In this document: positions 1-8,476 of the stretch, piece after piece | Layout of the letters: the number at the start of each line of letters is the position of its first letter | Position numbering within the stretch: the first letter of the stretch is position 1 | DNA from: a virus | Taxonomy: Duplodnaviria; Heunggongvirae; Uroviricota; Caudoviricetes | Direction: 5' to 3' (one strand) | DNA: 15,189 nt | IMG/VR virus record: IMGVR_UViG_2651869755_000008 | The notes under the pieces: model-generated | Database searches by the model: none | What the model was told of the DNA's origin: nothing | Seen by the model: only the letters and a program-made list of their open reading frames with translations | Position numbers and translations under genes: made by a program

Positions 1-192
1 CGGTGGAAATGGACAACAGATTACAACCGTCGCTCGATAGCGGAAACGGCGATGTACCGGGTAAAACAGCTGTTCGGGGGTTCACTGACGCTGCGTGACT
101 ACGATGGTCAGGTTGCGGAGGCTATGGCCCTGGTACGAGCGCTGAACAAAATGACGAAAGCAGGTATACCTGAAAGCGTGCGTATTGCCTGA
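1..192 (+). CDS. 3' end of an unidentified gene, 63 codons open from the window edge, stop TGA at 190..192
   Basis: Open frame from position 1 (frame 1), ending ...GIPESVRIA*. Codon usage looks enterobacterial. Not in the ORF track because it is partial. Convergent with the integrase. Product not recognised. Confidence 0.4.
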   Translation, partial: RWKWTTDYNRRSIAETAMYRVKQLFGGSLTLRDYDGQVAEAMALVRALNKMTKAGIPESVRIA

Positions 193-233
193 AAACACAA
201 CCCGCTACGGGGGAGACTTACCCGAAATCTGAT

Positions 234-1214
234 TTATTCAACAAAGCCCACCCTGGGCATGAAAACAAAATGCAGTTTTTGCTTTTCGGTTCTGCCGTAC
301 TCCCGATGATAAAAGGTGATTTCGCTTTTGCGATGATGCCCGGTCAGTTTGTATTGCTCCTTCAGTGCTTCAAGAGCAGGCTGCAGTAGTGTTACTGTCC
401 GGATCCCGGCATTTGTTTTTGGGGGACCGAACATATCAAGTATCGTCAGGTTTCTTCTGACATTCACTATTCCCTTTTCGAGATCCACATCCTCCCACGC
501 CAGAGCTGCCAGTTCCCCGTGACGAAGTCCTGAGTAAACTGCAAATTTCCACATGTTCTGGCTCTGTCCTTTTTCACTTTCCATTAATGCATTGAATTCT
601 GTTTTAGATAACGGATCAGGCTTTATTCTGTTTCGCTGTAATTTTTTTACTCCTTCAAATGGTTTGGTTGATATAAATCCCGACTGATACGCAAAACGTA
701 ACAGCGAACAGAGCAGGGCGATATAGTTATCAACTGTGCGCACGGTTCTTCCTTTTTTGTTGGATCTTGGATTATCCAGGTAAAGCGTTTCTCCATGCAG
801 CAGTTCATTCCGGTAGTTTAAGATATCGCTATAACGAATATGTGATATCAGGGTACTTTCACAAATTATTATTCTGAGTGTTTTTAATTGTGATTTCGTT
901 TTCTTCATTGTGTTTGTTGTTAACTCTGTCTCTTTAATTTTTGTCCAGATATCACAAAGCTCTCCGAACGTTTTTATGACTCTCGTTGTCACCATTTTTG
1001 CCCCAGTGCTGGACTGGGGAAAACGTCTTAAATACTCAAATTCACCGGAGTTTATTTCATGAACTATCAGCGCTCTTAAATTTCCGGCCTTTTTAATATT
1101 ACTGTTTGTAATCTCCCAGCCTTTTAATGTTTCCCGACATCGTTTTCCTCGAAACATGAACCAGATGCGAATGTATCTACCTCTAATCTCGACACCTGTT
1201 GGTAATTTAGACAT
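234..1214 (-). CDS. intR: Phage tyrosine integrase (Rac IntR-like), apparently C-terminally truncated at 326 aa
   Basis: ORF-track protein has an integrase N-terminal arm-binding region and the box I motif VYSGLRHGELAALAWEDVD. The HxxR and catalytic Tyr motifs expected about 60-90 aa further on are absent, and I found them in no minus-strand frame of 1..233. Start ATG at 1214 lies 1 nt after the xis stop. Confidence 0.75.
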   Translation of the reverse strand: MSKLPTGVEIRGRYIRIWFMFRGKRCRETLKGWEITNSNIKKAGNLRALIVHEINSGEFEYLRRFPQSSTGAKMVTTRVIKTFGELCDIWTKIKETELTTNTMKKTKSQLKTLRIIICESTLISHIRYSDILNYRNELLHGETLYLDNPRSNKKGRTVRTVDNYIALLCSLLRFAYQSGFISTKPFEGVKKLQRNRIKPDPLSKTEFNALMESEKGQSQNMWKFAVYSGLRHGELAALAWEDVDLEKGIVNVRRNLTILDMFGPPKTNAGIRTVTLLQPALEALKEQYKLTGHHRKSEITFYHREYGRTEKQKLHFVFMPRVGFVE

Positions 1215-1215
1215 A

Positions 1216-1431
1216 TCATGAGTCTTTGATAAACTGATTTATCTTTGGATAGTTGTACCAGATAATCCCTCGTTTGCTGTCTGGCTTACCTAAAGGAGAT
1301 ACTCGTTTGAAGTGGAAGCCCTCCACCCAACAGTTCTGGCGGTATGCTTCAATTTGTCTGGCCCCCAGACCAGTGCGAAGCATCAGGCCGTATTCAACCA
1401 TCCACTCTTCATTAAAGATTACTTGTGCCAT
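1216..1431 (-). CDS. xisR: Excisionase-like small protein (YdaQ/XisR-like), 71 aa
   Basis: Internal ATG at 1431 preceded by GAGGTGA; the ORF-track N-terminus begins with TTG at 1455 and has no SD. Product [15 protein letters not shown]... is 71 aa, matching my recollection of Rac YdaQ. Sits immediately upstream of int in the same orientation. Confidence 0.75.
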   Translation of the reverse strand: MAQVIFNEEWMVEYGLMLRTGLGARQIEAYRQNCWVEGFHFKRVSPLGKPDSKRGIIWYNYPKINQFIKDS

Positions 1432-1530
1432 CGCATCACCTCTGGCAGGCGCCAATGTTAGACTGAAATTGACGCCCGATGTTGATTATTAATAATCAGC
1501 TATGAAGTTTTAATTTGAATACAATGCAAT

Positions 1531-1719
1531 TCACGAGGACTGAAGTTTCTCGCAATTAAAATTTATCAGTTTTACTTTCTGCTCTCTGGAAACGCCTGCT
1601 TCTTTTTTACCTGAGAGCATTTTTTCGCATTCTGATTTCGTTAGTTTAGATTTTGAATATCTTGTCCAGTTAGTAGGAGTGCCACCTTCCTTTTCAATAG
1701 TGGCGGTAATTTTATACAT
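1531..1719 (-). CDS. ydaC: Small prophage protein, YdaC-like (start uncertain)
   Basis: ATG at 1719 preceded by GGAGGTG 5 nt upstream; overlaps the ralR stop by 8 nt. The longer 86-aa ORF-track version would overlap ralR by 80 nt. Position between xis and ralR matches Rac order. Confidence 0.55.
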   Translation of the reverse strand: MYKITATIEKEGGTPTNWTRYSKSKLTKSECEKMLSGKKEAGVSREQKVKLINFNCEKLQSS

Positions 1720-1906
1720 GAACACCTCCGTTATTATTTCCAGTGGTTCGTTTATTCCATCTTTCGAGTGCTTCTTTTTCACTTCCACCATAACCGGTTC
1801 GGGATTCGCATCCGTTACACTTCGCTCGGTAATATCCTGAAATGACTTTCACCGTTACTGATGGACAACCACAAAATGGACATGGTTTAACATTGTCATA
1901 TCTCAT
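1712..1906 (-). CDS. ralR: RalR (Lar) restriction-alleviation protein; toxin of the RalR/RalA type I toxin-antitoxin pair
   Basis: Product MRYDNVKPCPFCGCPSVTVKVISGYYRAKCNGCESRTGYGGSEKEALERWNKRTTGNNNGGVHV (64 aa) with a CxxC...CxxC motif, recognised as Rac RalR. The ORF track extends 13 codons upstream (start 1945); the internal start is chosen to fit the known length. Confidence 0.85.
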   Translation of the reverse strand: MRYDNVKPCPFCGCPSVTVKVISGYYRAKCNGCESRTGYGGSEKEALERWNKRTTGNNNGGVHV

Positions 1907-1962
1907 AATTTTTCTCATAAAAAATATTTCAAGTTGGCGGTGCATTACACCGCCAGGCTGAA

Positions 1963-2772
1963 TTATTCCTCTGAATTATCGATTACACTGTATTCCCCGG
2001 TTAATACAGAGGAATCTGCAGGATCGATTGTCAGTGGTTCCTTTTCATCCATTGATACTGCACGCTGGATCTCAATTGATACGGGCAGATATTTGAACAG
2101 GCGACGAATAGCCGTTTTCTTTGCCATTTCTTCCCAGTGAGTTACCCACGGCCCGTTATTACCAGCTTTACTCAGGCTGCGCACCAGCTCAATCTGTTTG
2201 CGCGTCATAACTTCAAACTGAGTACCTCCGTCTTTCAGTCTTGCGACAGCATAGACGTGGGTAACCGGGGCATCTTCGTTTTCTCCCGGGCGGTGTATTA
2301 ACTTTTCATCAAGGCCAAATTCGAAGCTAAACTCGTCACCTTCACGGACAACACGGGCTGACAGGCTGGCGATTTGACCAGAACGGCGAGCCAGATCAAT
2401 CATGCCGCGATAGCCAATGATTAGCTGAACGTTCTTTTTACCGCTCTTTTCGTTTTTATTACCAAAAGGCAGTAAATATGCATGACCGAGGGCGCTACCT
2501 GGCTCAAGTCCGAGCTGTGAACACTGTACGATCGCACTGACAAAACTCATAGTGTCACAGTTTCCTAACGCCGGAACTTTACGAATTTCTGTGGTGGCGA
2601 TACGGATCATACGTTCAGCCGTCATATGGCGTGGAAGAGCTGCTGCCAGTTGCTCTTTCATTGATGGCTGGTTAATAAAACTAATCACGTCGCTATTTTT
2701 AACTGCTGCTGGTGCACGGTTTCCCTGAGTTTTTTGCAGATCGGCTTTTGCGATTGGTGGTTGCTTAGTCAT
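1963..2772 (-). CDS. recT: RecT single-strand annealing recombinase, 269 aa
   Basis: Product from [21 protein letters not shown]... recognised as RecT. ATG at 2772 preceded by AAGGAA; overlaps the recE stop by 8 nt, the classic recET arrangement. Confidence 0.95.
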   Translation of the reverse strand: MTKQPPIAKADLQKTQGNRAPAAVKNSDVISFINQPSMKEQLAAALPRHMTAERMIRIATTEIRKVPALGNCDTMSFVSAIVQCSQLGLEPGSALGHAYLLPFGNKNEKSGKKNVQLIIGYRGMIDLARRSGQIASLSARVVREGDEFSFEFGLDEKLIHRPGENEDAPVTHVYAVARLKDGGTQFEVMTRKQIELVRSLSKAGNNGPWVTHWEEMAKKTAIRRLFKYLPVSIEIQRAVSMDEKEPLTIDPADSSVLTGEYSVIDNSEE

Positions 2773-5365
2773 TTGCATATTCCTTAGCCCAGCGGGGCAG
2801 TGATAATGTCTTAATAGCTGGCCATTCATCGGTATTCAGGCAGTCAGACAGGGTTCGCAGATTGCGGTGATATTCCTGTTGACCTGCCAGTTTTGCTTCT
2901 TCGCCCATCATGAAAATTTCAACCGGATAACGTCCGCATTCAATAGTTGTGCTGGCAACCAGAAAAACGAAAGTTGGCTGCACTCCAAACTGTGCTTCAT
3001 AACCGTCACTGTAGAATGCATCCTGAACGTGATAGCGGTAGTCGTAATAAGCGGTTTTGAATCGTTGAATATCCGCCGTAGTTTTCACGTCCATGATCCA
3101 GTGAAATTCAGGGATAATTTTGTCCGGACGGCACCGACACAAAATTCCTGTTTCAGGATCTTCCCAGTAAATTGATGATTCAGCGTGTCCGGCGCTTTCA
3201 ACAAGCCATTGCCCCAGCGGCAAAGCCATAACGCTTTGATACATGAGTTCAATTTTCCGGCCTTCTTCCGCAGTGATAACCGTTTTTCCTGTGCTTGCGC
3301 ATTCCATCAGAAACGCTTTCTCTTCTTCTTTTCCGGCGTTTGTACGGCGGTTAAATTCAGGTGCTACGATAAAGCGGTTACTGAATTCTTCCGGTTCAAG
3401 TACCCGGCAGTGGAAAGCGGTTCCTAAATCGAGCGTTTTTGTCTTTGTGGTGTCCACGGGGGCATTTTTACGCCACAAATATAGTGCCGGAGTATCAGCA
3501 ATGTCATCGAGCTGAGACTTACTGACACCGGGACCCGCGTGGTAATTCTCATTCGAAATTCCGTAATAAATACCTGGCTCTATGTCTTCTACGATTACGG
3601 GATCTGCGACTTCGCCAGTTTCATCACTGCAATCGCGATGCGGATCGCTGCCAGCATTCTCATTGTGCGGATGTTCAGCGCCTTCCATTTCCTCCGGATC
3701 ATTTTCCTTAGCTTCAACCTGACTCTCTTCATCGAATGTTTCCTGGTATGTTGCGTCGCCCATCACCGCACCACAGTCAGGGCAGTTATCCCCGCCAGTC
3801 TGGCCGCAGGCATTGCAGGCTATTTCCGGTTCCTGTTGCACTACTGGCTCAGGTTGATTCATATCCGGGCTGGTTTTTTCCGTTTCTGGCTGGTTCTGGT
3901 ACACACAATCGCGAGTCTGGATCCCCTTTACCCATTTCGGATCGTTCGGGTCGCTAATTCCGTCAACAAATTCACCACGTGATGCAGCAAGCAATTTATC
4001 GGCATCGACAGGATTTTTTGATGGAATGTTTTTCCGGGCTTCATGGAGTTCTGCCCGCAGTTCCTGATATTTCGCATCAACAGAATTTACCTGTGACTGA
4101 GCATCCAGCGGCTGCGTGTCCTGATGATGTTCAGTTGCGTCCGGTTCCATTGTTTCAGCCTCTCCCTGTTCAACTGCCGTTGTTCCAGATGGTTGCGGTT
4201 TTTCTTCATCATCCTGTTTTCCTTCTTCTGTTACTCGCTGCGGCATCGGGGCAGAGGAGCGACCGCAGGCAATATCCACGATTTCCGGATCAGGGTTGGC
4301 ATGATCGGTTTCAGTCAGTACTTTGTTCAGATATTCAGTGACGTGCGCGGGGATGACCTCGATCCCAATTGGTGCTTCTTTTACGGACGCAACCACGATG
4401 GCGCGGGAATAATCCAGCCCGCCAGGCATGGTGATGAATTTGTCGCGGAAAACAGAAAAGGGCGGTTTATTTTCAGCGATAATTTCCTCAATGCGTTTAG
4501 CGTGTGCCGGATGAAGGTTATAGATGTCCAGATCCATTGAACGGGCCAGTACGCCAGTGGCTACGTCGCGCGCCAGTGACGTCAGATCGTGTACGAAACC
4601 TTCGCCGCGATCGGTGAGGTTTCCGCCGCCAGCATTAGCACCGGAAGCCGTGCGAGTGATGTGTGAAACACGATTACCCTTCATCCACTCTTTTGTCAGC
4701 AGTCCTCGATCGGTGTAGTCAGCGTTCAGGTATGCTTCGAAAAAAGCAGTTATCAGTCCCAGGTTTGAATTACCAGGATTAGGGAAAACTTTGTCAGTGT
4801 CACGAACCAGTTTGTGGAGTTCGCGAATTTCCAGCGGGTCGAGCAGGCTGGTTTTGTGGGAAACAGCCAGAGCAGTAACAGCCGGTAGTTCTTCAGCCCG
4901 AGCAATGTGTAATGCCTGGAGTCCGTCGCGTGAAACGTGCGTTACCGGTTTTTCGCTGCCGTGTTGAGCAAGCCAACGAATGGGCAGTTCCTGGCCAGAA
5001 ATTGGGAGTAGCATATTCTCCTCAATCTCAGTCATGTCTTCGCCGTTGACGTTGGTATTGCCTTGATAGTGAGCGTTGTCTGGTGCTGCTCCCGGTTTTA
5101 GTTCCCATGTCATGGAGTCTTTGCTGAGTTGATAGCGTTCACTCCAGGTAAAATCGATCTCACCTTCAGCGGGCAGGTCATTAACGACAGGAAAATTCGT
5201 GGCAACAGCTTTAAAATAGCTGCTCAGTTTTTTACCTGACTTAACGATCAGGTAGTCCAGAGTGGCACAGGTCGATTCAAAATCGTTGCTTGCCCACAGG
5301 ACGACGTCAGGTTCACCGGATGATTTTTTCGCTTTCCGTAACAGGAAGAGTGGTTTTGTGCTCAT
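2765..5365 (-). CDS. recE: RecE exonuclease VIII, 866 aa
   Basis: The 866-aa ORF with a long acidic low-complexity middle region and a C-terminal nuclease domain is recognised as Rac RecE; the length matches my recollection. Immediately upstream of and overlapping recT. Confidence 0.95.
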   Translation of the reverse strand: MSTKPLFLLRKAKKSSGEPDVVLWASNDFESTCATLDYLIVKSGKKLSSYFKAVATNFPVVNDLPAEGEIDFTWSERYQLSKDSMTWELKPGAAPDNAHYQGNTNVNGEDMTEIEENMLLPISGQELPIRWLAQHGSEKPVTHVSRDGLQALHIARAEELPAVTALAVSHKTSLLDPLEIRELHKLVRDTDKVFPNPGNSNLGLITAFFEAYLNADYTDRGLLTKEWMKGNRVSHITRTASGANAGGGNLTDRGEGFVHDLTSLARDVATGVLARSMDLDIYNLHPAHAKRIEEIIAENKPPFSVFRDKFITMPGGLDYSRAIVVASVKEAPIGIEVIPAHVTEYLNKVLTETDHANPDPEIVDIACGRSSAPMPQRVTEEGKQDDEEKPQPSGTTAVEQGEAETMEPDATEHHQDTQPLDAQSQVNSVDAKYQELRAELHEARKNIPSKNPVDADKLLAASRGEFVDGISDPNDPKWVKGIQTRDCVYQNQPETEKTSPDMNQPEPVVQQEPEIACNACGQTGGDNCPDCGAVMGDATYQETFDEESQVEAKENDPEEMEGAEHPHNENAGSDPHRDCSDETGEVADPVIVEDIEPGIYYGISNENYHAGPGVSKSQLDDIADTPALYLWRKNAPVDTTKTKTLDLGTAFHCRVLEPEEFSNRFIVAPEFNRRTNAGKEEEKAFLMECASTGKTVITAEEGRKIELMYQSVMALPLGQWLVESAGHAESSIYWEDPETGILCRCRPDKIIPEFHWIMDVKTTADIQRFKTAYYDYRYHVQDAFYSDGYEAQFGVQPTFVFLVASTTIECGRYPVEIFMMGEEAKLAGQQEYHRNLRTLSDCLNTDEWPAIKTLSLPRWAKEYAND

Positions 5366-5466
5366 TGTTTTTTAACCTCAACTCAGATTAAAATTCGTTT
5401 TGTTCAGTGAATGATCTTGCCGGATACACACTGTTCATAGCCTGCGCCATACGCAGGCTATTTCTT

Positions 5467-5742
5467 TCAGATTTCACCTTTTAATTTCATTGCAATTAGA
5501 GTTGCCAGAAATTCGGCTTTTTTTTCTGCGGGCAGATTTTTTCCGATATGCACCAGGCACATTTTTTTGACACCTTCATCAAGTGTTTTTACGTTGCCTG
5601 ATGGACCATCGATATCAACCACAGTGAATGGGGTTTCTTTATTTTCTGTTTTAATTACGTAGCCAATGCGCTTTCCTTCCAGATTCACCTCGTGAACAAT
5701 GTCATCGGTAGTTACAACAGTGGCTTCATAATTGGTAATCAT
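5467..5742 (-). CDS. racC: RacC, 91 aa, function unknown
   Basis: Internal ATG at 5742 preceded by AAGGAG; product MITNYEATVVTTDDIVHEV... recognised as RacC. The ORF track adds 16 upstream codons with no SD. Confidence 0.8.
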   Translation of the reverse strand: MITNYEATVVTTDDIVHEVNLEGKRIGYVIKTENKETPFTVVDIDGPSGNVKTLDEGVKKMCLVHIGKNLPAEKKAEFLATLIAMKLKGEI

Positions 5743-5816
5743 GTTTTTCTCCTTAATTAAGGTTGAGCGAATACCTGCCATTTCTGGCATAAATTCAGTT
5801 TCGAATAGTCAATTAA

Positions 5817-5987
5817 TTAAAGTTCATGTGCCATCTGGTCTTTTTCGGCACAAGCTTCACTGCAATATTTTCTCGGTTCGTCTTTTGATAAAATCCCGTG
5901 CATGAAGTGAAGCATTCTTTCAATAGCTTTGCTTTCTTCAACGTCTTTTTTGCAAAGGTGGTAAGCACATTTTATTTTCTTAGTCAT
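5817..5987 (-). CDS. ydaE: YdaE small Cys-rich (zinc-binding type) protein, 56 aa
   Basis: Hand-translated minus-strand [59 protein letters not shown], below the ORF-track length cutoff. Its ATG overlaps the kilR TGA stop (TGATG), suggesting translational coupling. Confidence 0.75.
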   Translation of the reverse strand: MTKKIKCAYHLCKKDVEESKAIERMLHFMHGILSKDEPRKYCSEACAEKDQMAHEL

Positions 5988-6208
5988 CACCATGACTCCG
6001 CCTTTACAGGTAAACCATCACGACCGAGGAAGACTTTAATCATGCGGTCAGTAATGAATGTTTTTGTGGTCAGGTTACGAATATATAGTTTTCGCTTTTT
6101 AATATTGTTTGCCGAGGCAATATATGTCCGGCCTTCATGAAGAACATAATCGCCAGGAGTCACACACTGACGTGGTATTTCATCAGTTCCGAAGTGATGT
6201 GCAATCAT
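5987..6208 (-). CDS. kilR: KilR, FtsZ-targeting cell division inhibitor, 73 aa
   Basis: Product [38 protein letters not shown]... recognised as Rac KilR. ATG at 6208 has GGAGAT 5 nt upstream; the ORF-track ATG at 6220 has no SD. Confidence 0.85.
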
Positions 6209-6389
6209 AATTATCTCCATTTTTACAAATGAACTTTGTTGATGCGGTGTCTGGTGCCTCCAGGTGACTGCAACCAGTTAACAATTACAGTCGGCTTTCC
6301 CACCCAAACCAATAAGGACTAACATGACTTTTAACTGTGCCACGTGCGCTTAGCCGCATTCACCGCATCACAAAATTCACTTTAAAAAG

Positions 6390-6431
6390 GGCGGACATCA
6401 GCCGAACTTCAAGAAAAAAACTGATGCCGCC
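6390..6431 (-). terminator. Intrinsic-terminator-like hairpin on the minus strand, upstream of kilR
   Basis: Minus-strand RNA would read GGCGGCAUCAG - 19-nt loop - CUGAUGUCCGCC followed by CUUUUUAAA: an 11-bp stem with one bulge, then a U5 tract. The plus-strand version has no U tract. The loop is longer than in typical terminators. Confidence 0.4.
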
Positions 6432-6649
6432 AGGACTACACACAGCAATGTCGTTATTTACAACCGGAGGCGCACTCCCACCATTTAAATTTAACAGACA
6501 AGACCGACTCTTTATGGATATCGGAAATGCGCCTTCGTGTTGTGCCCGGTTTTATTTCACCACCTCCGGGCTTCGGTGGTCTCGGCTATACCCCTACAGC
6601 GAGAGCTTGTGTTAACATTTCAATACCCTTACAGTTGAGAGTTATTGAT

Positions 6650-7138
6650 ATGTTGGATGTATTTACTCCATTGTTGAAACTTTTTGCTAACGAGCCACTC
6701 GAAAGACTTATGTATACGATTATCATTTTTGGTCTCACTCTCTGGCTGATACCGAAAGAGTTTACTGTCGCATTCAATGCTTATACTGAAATACCTTGGC
6801 TCTTTCAGATTATCGTTTTTGCCTTTTCTTTCGTGGTCGCCATTTCCTTCTCAAGATTGCGAGCACATATTCAAAAGCATTATTCATTACTACCAGAGCA
6901 ACGAGTATTGCTTCGTTTATCTGAGAAAGAAATCGCTGTATTTAAAGATTTCCTTAAAACAGGAAATCTTATTATCACTTCTCCTTGCCGTAACCCGGTT
7001 ATGAAAAAATTAGAACGGAAGGGCATCATTCAACATCAGAGTGATAGCGCAAACTGTTCTTATTATCTCGTCACCGAAAAATACTCCCATTTTATGAAAT
7101 TATTCTGGAACAGCAGGAGTAGACGTTTTAATCGTTAG
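6650..7138 (+). CDS. sieB: SieB superinfection exclusion protein, 162 aa, membrane
   Basis: Internal ATG at 6650; product MLDVFTPLLKLFANEPLERLMYTIIIFGLTLWLIPKEF... has two hydrophobic segments and is recognised as Rac SieB. The 203-aa ORF-track version begins at an upstream start inside the untranslated region. Confidence 0.85.
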   Translation: MLDVFTPLLKLFANEPLERLMYTIIIFGLTLWLIPKEFTVAFNAYTEIPWLFQIIVFAFSFVVAISFSRLRAHIQKHYSLLPEQRVLLRLSEKEIAVFKDFLKTGNLIITSPCRNPVMKKLERKGIIQHQSDSANCSYYLVTEKYSHFMKLFWNSRSRRFNR

Positions 7139-7290
7139 CTTACTGTGTGCTTCTCCAACCATCGGCGCGCACCAGTTTCGGTTTTAAATGTTTTGCTTTT
7201 GGTATACGTCATGGCAGTGAACGTTCCATCCTGGTTGGGGAACACGCCGCACACCAGGGATTCGTTGTTGCCGAGGTCGATTTTTTGCAT
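7135..7290 (-). CDS. ydaF: YdaF small protein, 51 aa
   Basis: Hand-translated MQKIDLGNNESLVCGVFPNQDGTFTAMTYTKSKTFKTETGARRWLEKHTVS*. Length and position (between sieB and racR, minus strand) match Rac ydaF. Its 3' end overlaps the sieB stop by 4 nt, convergently. Confidence 0.7.
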   Translation of the reverse strand: MQKIDLGNNESLVCGVFPNQDGTFTAMTYTKSKTFKTETGARRWLEKHTVS

Positions 7291-7313
7291 TTTGCGAATC
7301 TCACATCTTGTTG

Positions 7314-7436
7314 CTACGTATAGCGACTTCTGCCTGCCAGAGATCCTAGTCGTTGCTGCGTAAAGCCTGCACAGCCTGGTTGTAAGTGATACCGCAACAA
7401 TCCATCAAATACTGAACTACTTCGTAATGCACCATC
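7314..7436 (-). CDS. ydaG: YdaG-like small protein, 40 aa
   Basis: Hand-translated MVALRSSSVFDGLLRYHLQPGCAGFTQQRLGSLAGRSRYT* with a strong SD (AAGGGGAG) 5-6 nt upstream. Position matches Rac ydaG, but the length (40 versus a recalled 44 aa) and identity are not verified. Confidence 0.45.
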   Translation of the reverse strand, partial: DGALRSSSVFDGLLRYHLQPGCAGFTQQRLGSLAGRSRYT

Positions 7437-7603
7437 TTATCTCTCCCCTTAACGCCGGGTGGCGGAACTAACTGCTGCACTGCAAAATTTGAATCCCGCC
7501 GTCATGTTCATACGCCTCGGGCTGGCTACTTAACCCCTGACCACTGCCTGGTAACTCGAAGTATTGCCCGGCGTTCTGTGGGGCGGGGTGGGTTGGTAGG
7601 TAT

Positions 7604-7648
7604 ATAATGTACTTTATGTTCATCATTGTAAAGTACTTTAAGTACATT
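7604..7648 (-). promoter_or_regulatory. Candidate leftward promoter flanked by ATGTACTT-type palindromic motifs
   Basis: On the minus strand, TTTACA (plus 7627..7632), a 17-nt spacer, then CATTAT (plus 7604..7609). The site is overlapped by ATGTACTT (7607..7614), the palindrome AAGTACTT (7633..7640) and AAGTACAT (7641..7648). Called by eye only. Confidence 0.3.
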
Positions 7649-7722
7649 TTATGTATAAAAAAATGAGACGGGATAAAGTGAAGCACAAACCCGGAGGGGG
7701 ACGCTACCGGATTTATGCTGGT

Positions 7723-8142
7723 TTAAGAGGCTTTTTGTTTTTTCTTTCGTGCTAACTCTTCGTAAATTGCATTGTACTTCTGTTTTTTCTCCTCAAGAGT
7801 TTTTAAAAGTTCATCTGTCTCACTGTCAGGGAGCTCGTCCAGAAGGTCAATGATGATTTTTTGTCTTGGATTTAACTCCTGATAGAAACGTATCTGTCCA
7901 CTTTCTTCTGTATCCTCTCCCAAAAGATAGGTTGGTGTTGTTCCAATGAGTGTTGCTAATTCCCTTAATTTCTCTCGGCGAGGAATTGTTTCACCATTAA
8001 ACCATTTGCTAACCGCTTTTGGTGTTAATTTCATTCGACGGGCAATTTCTGCCTGCCTTCCATGTTGTTCATAACCAGCGTTTTCACAGGCTAGCGCAAG
8101 CCTACTGGCGAACTCTTTACGCGCTTTATCTTCATGAACCAT
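7723..8142 (-). CDS. racR: RacR-like prophage repressor with an XRE-family HTH, 139 aa
   Basis: N-terminal HTH-like segment (QAEIARRMKLTPKAVSKWFNGETIPRREKLRELATLIG), no LexA-like peptidase domain, divergent from ydaS-ydaT as in Rac. No in-frame ATG upstream before a stop. Confidence 0.8.
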   Translation of the reverse strand: MVHEDKARKEFASRLALACENAGYEQHGRQAEIARRMKLTPKAVSKWFNGETIPRREKLRELATLIGTTPTYLLGEDTEESGQIRFYQELNPRQKIIIDLLDELPDSETDELLKTLEEKKQKYNAIYEELARKKKQKAS

Positions 8143-8221
8143 AAGTTCAATGATATTCGCTCTTGAATGTACTGTCAGTTCTGTTATAGCATGTACTCAA
8201 AGTTCACATTGTGAGGATGAT
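8143..8221. promoter_or_regulatory. Divergent racR / ydaS promoter-operator region
   Basis: 79-bp intergenic region with repeated motifs: AAGTTCA at 8143..8149 and 8200..8206, ATGTACT at 8167..8173 and 8191..8197. The placement mirrors a lambda OR-type switch region. Confidence 0.55.
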
Positions 8222-8476
8222 ATGAACCAGAAAACACTTGAAGATGTAATCAAAACTGTTCGCGTTTCTGTTGTGGCCGACGTTTGTGGTGTCAGCCAAA
8301 GAGCAATCTACAAATGGATGGATAACGGAAAATTGCCTCGCACAGAATATACCGGCGAAACAAATTACGCTGAAAAAATCGCTCATGCATCAAACGGATT
8401 ATTTTCTGCCGATGCAATTTTAACTATTGGCAGAAATAAAACTACTACGAAAAAGCTGATGGGAGTTGATTCATGA
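8222..8476 (+). CDS. ydaS: YdaS-like Cro/HTH protein, 84 aa
   Basis: ATG at 8222 with GAGG 6 nt upstream; HTH-like VADVCGVSQRAIYKWMDNGKLP. Its stop overlaps the ydaT start (ATGA). The ORF-track N-terminal 24 codons have no SD. Confidence 0.75.
   Translation: MNQKTLEDVIKTVRVSVVADVCGVSQRAIYKWMDNGKLPRTEYTGETNYAEKIAHASNGLFSADAILTIGRNKTTTKKLMGVDS

Noticed and set aside
1-233. Possibility that the window starts at the K-12-type junction with ttcA next to intR
   Set aside because: No minus-strand start codon or ORF in 1..233 consistent with a gene in the same orientation as int; instead there is a convergent plus-strand ORF whose product I do not recognise.
1712-1945. Longer N-termini from the ORF track for ralR (and likewise xis, recT, racC, kilR, ydaS, sieB)
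   Set aside because: Internal starts have SD sequences and give lengths matching my recollection of the Rac proteins; the extensions begin at alternative codons or lack an RBS.
2867-4718. Series of plus-strand ORFs (102, 80, 90, 147, 73, 120, 138, 64 aa) inside recE
   Set aside because: All are antisense to the well-supported 866-aa recE, have odd composition (Cys/Phe/Arg-rich) and no convincing starts; typical shadow ORFs.
5898-6140. Plus-strand 80-aa ORF
   Set aside because: Antisense to ydaE and kilR, both of which have strong SD sequences and recognisable products.
6337-6615. Plus-strand 92-aa ORF, and the N-terminal extension of the sieB ORF from 6527
   Set aside because: Starts are GTG or alternative codons with no SD, and they span the structured untranslated region. 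sieB is taken to start at the ATG at 6650.
7145-7363. Plus-strand 72-aa ORF
   Set aside because: Antisense to the ydaF and ydaG-like genes, which fit the Rac gene order and have better translation signals.
7468-7686. Minus-strand 72-aa ORF between ydaG and racR
   Set aside because: Low-complexity, AT-rich product with no SD; the interval is better explained as a promoter/operator region.
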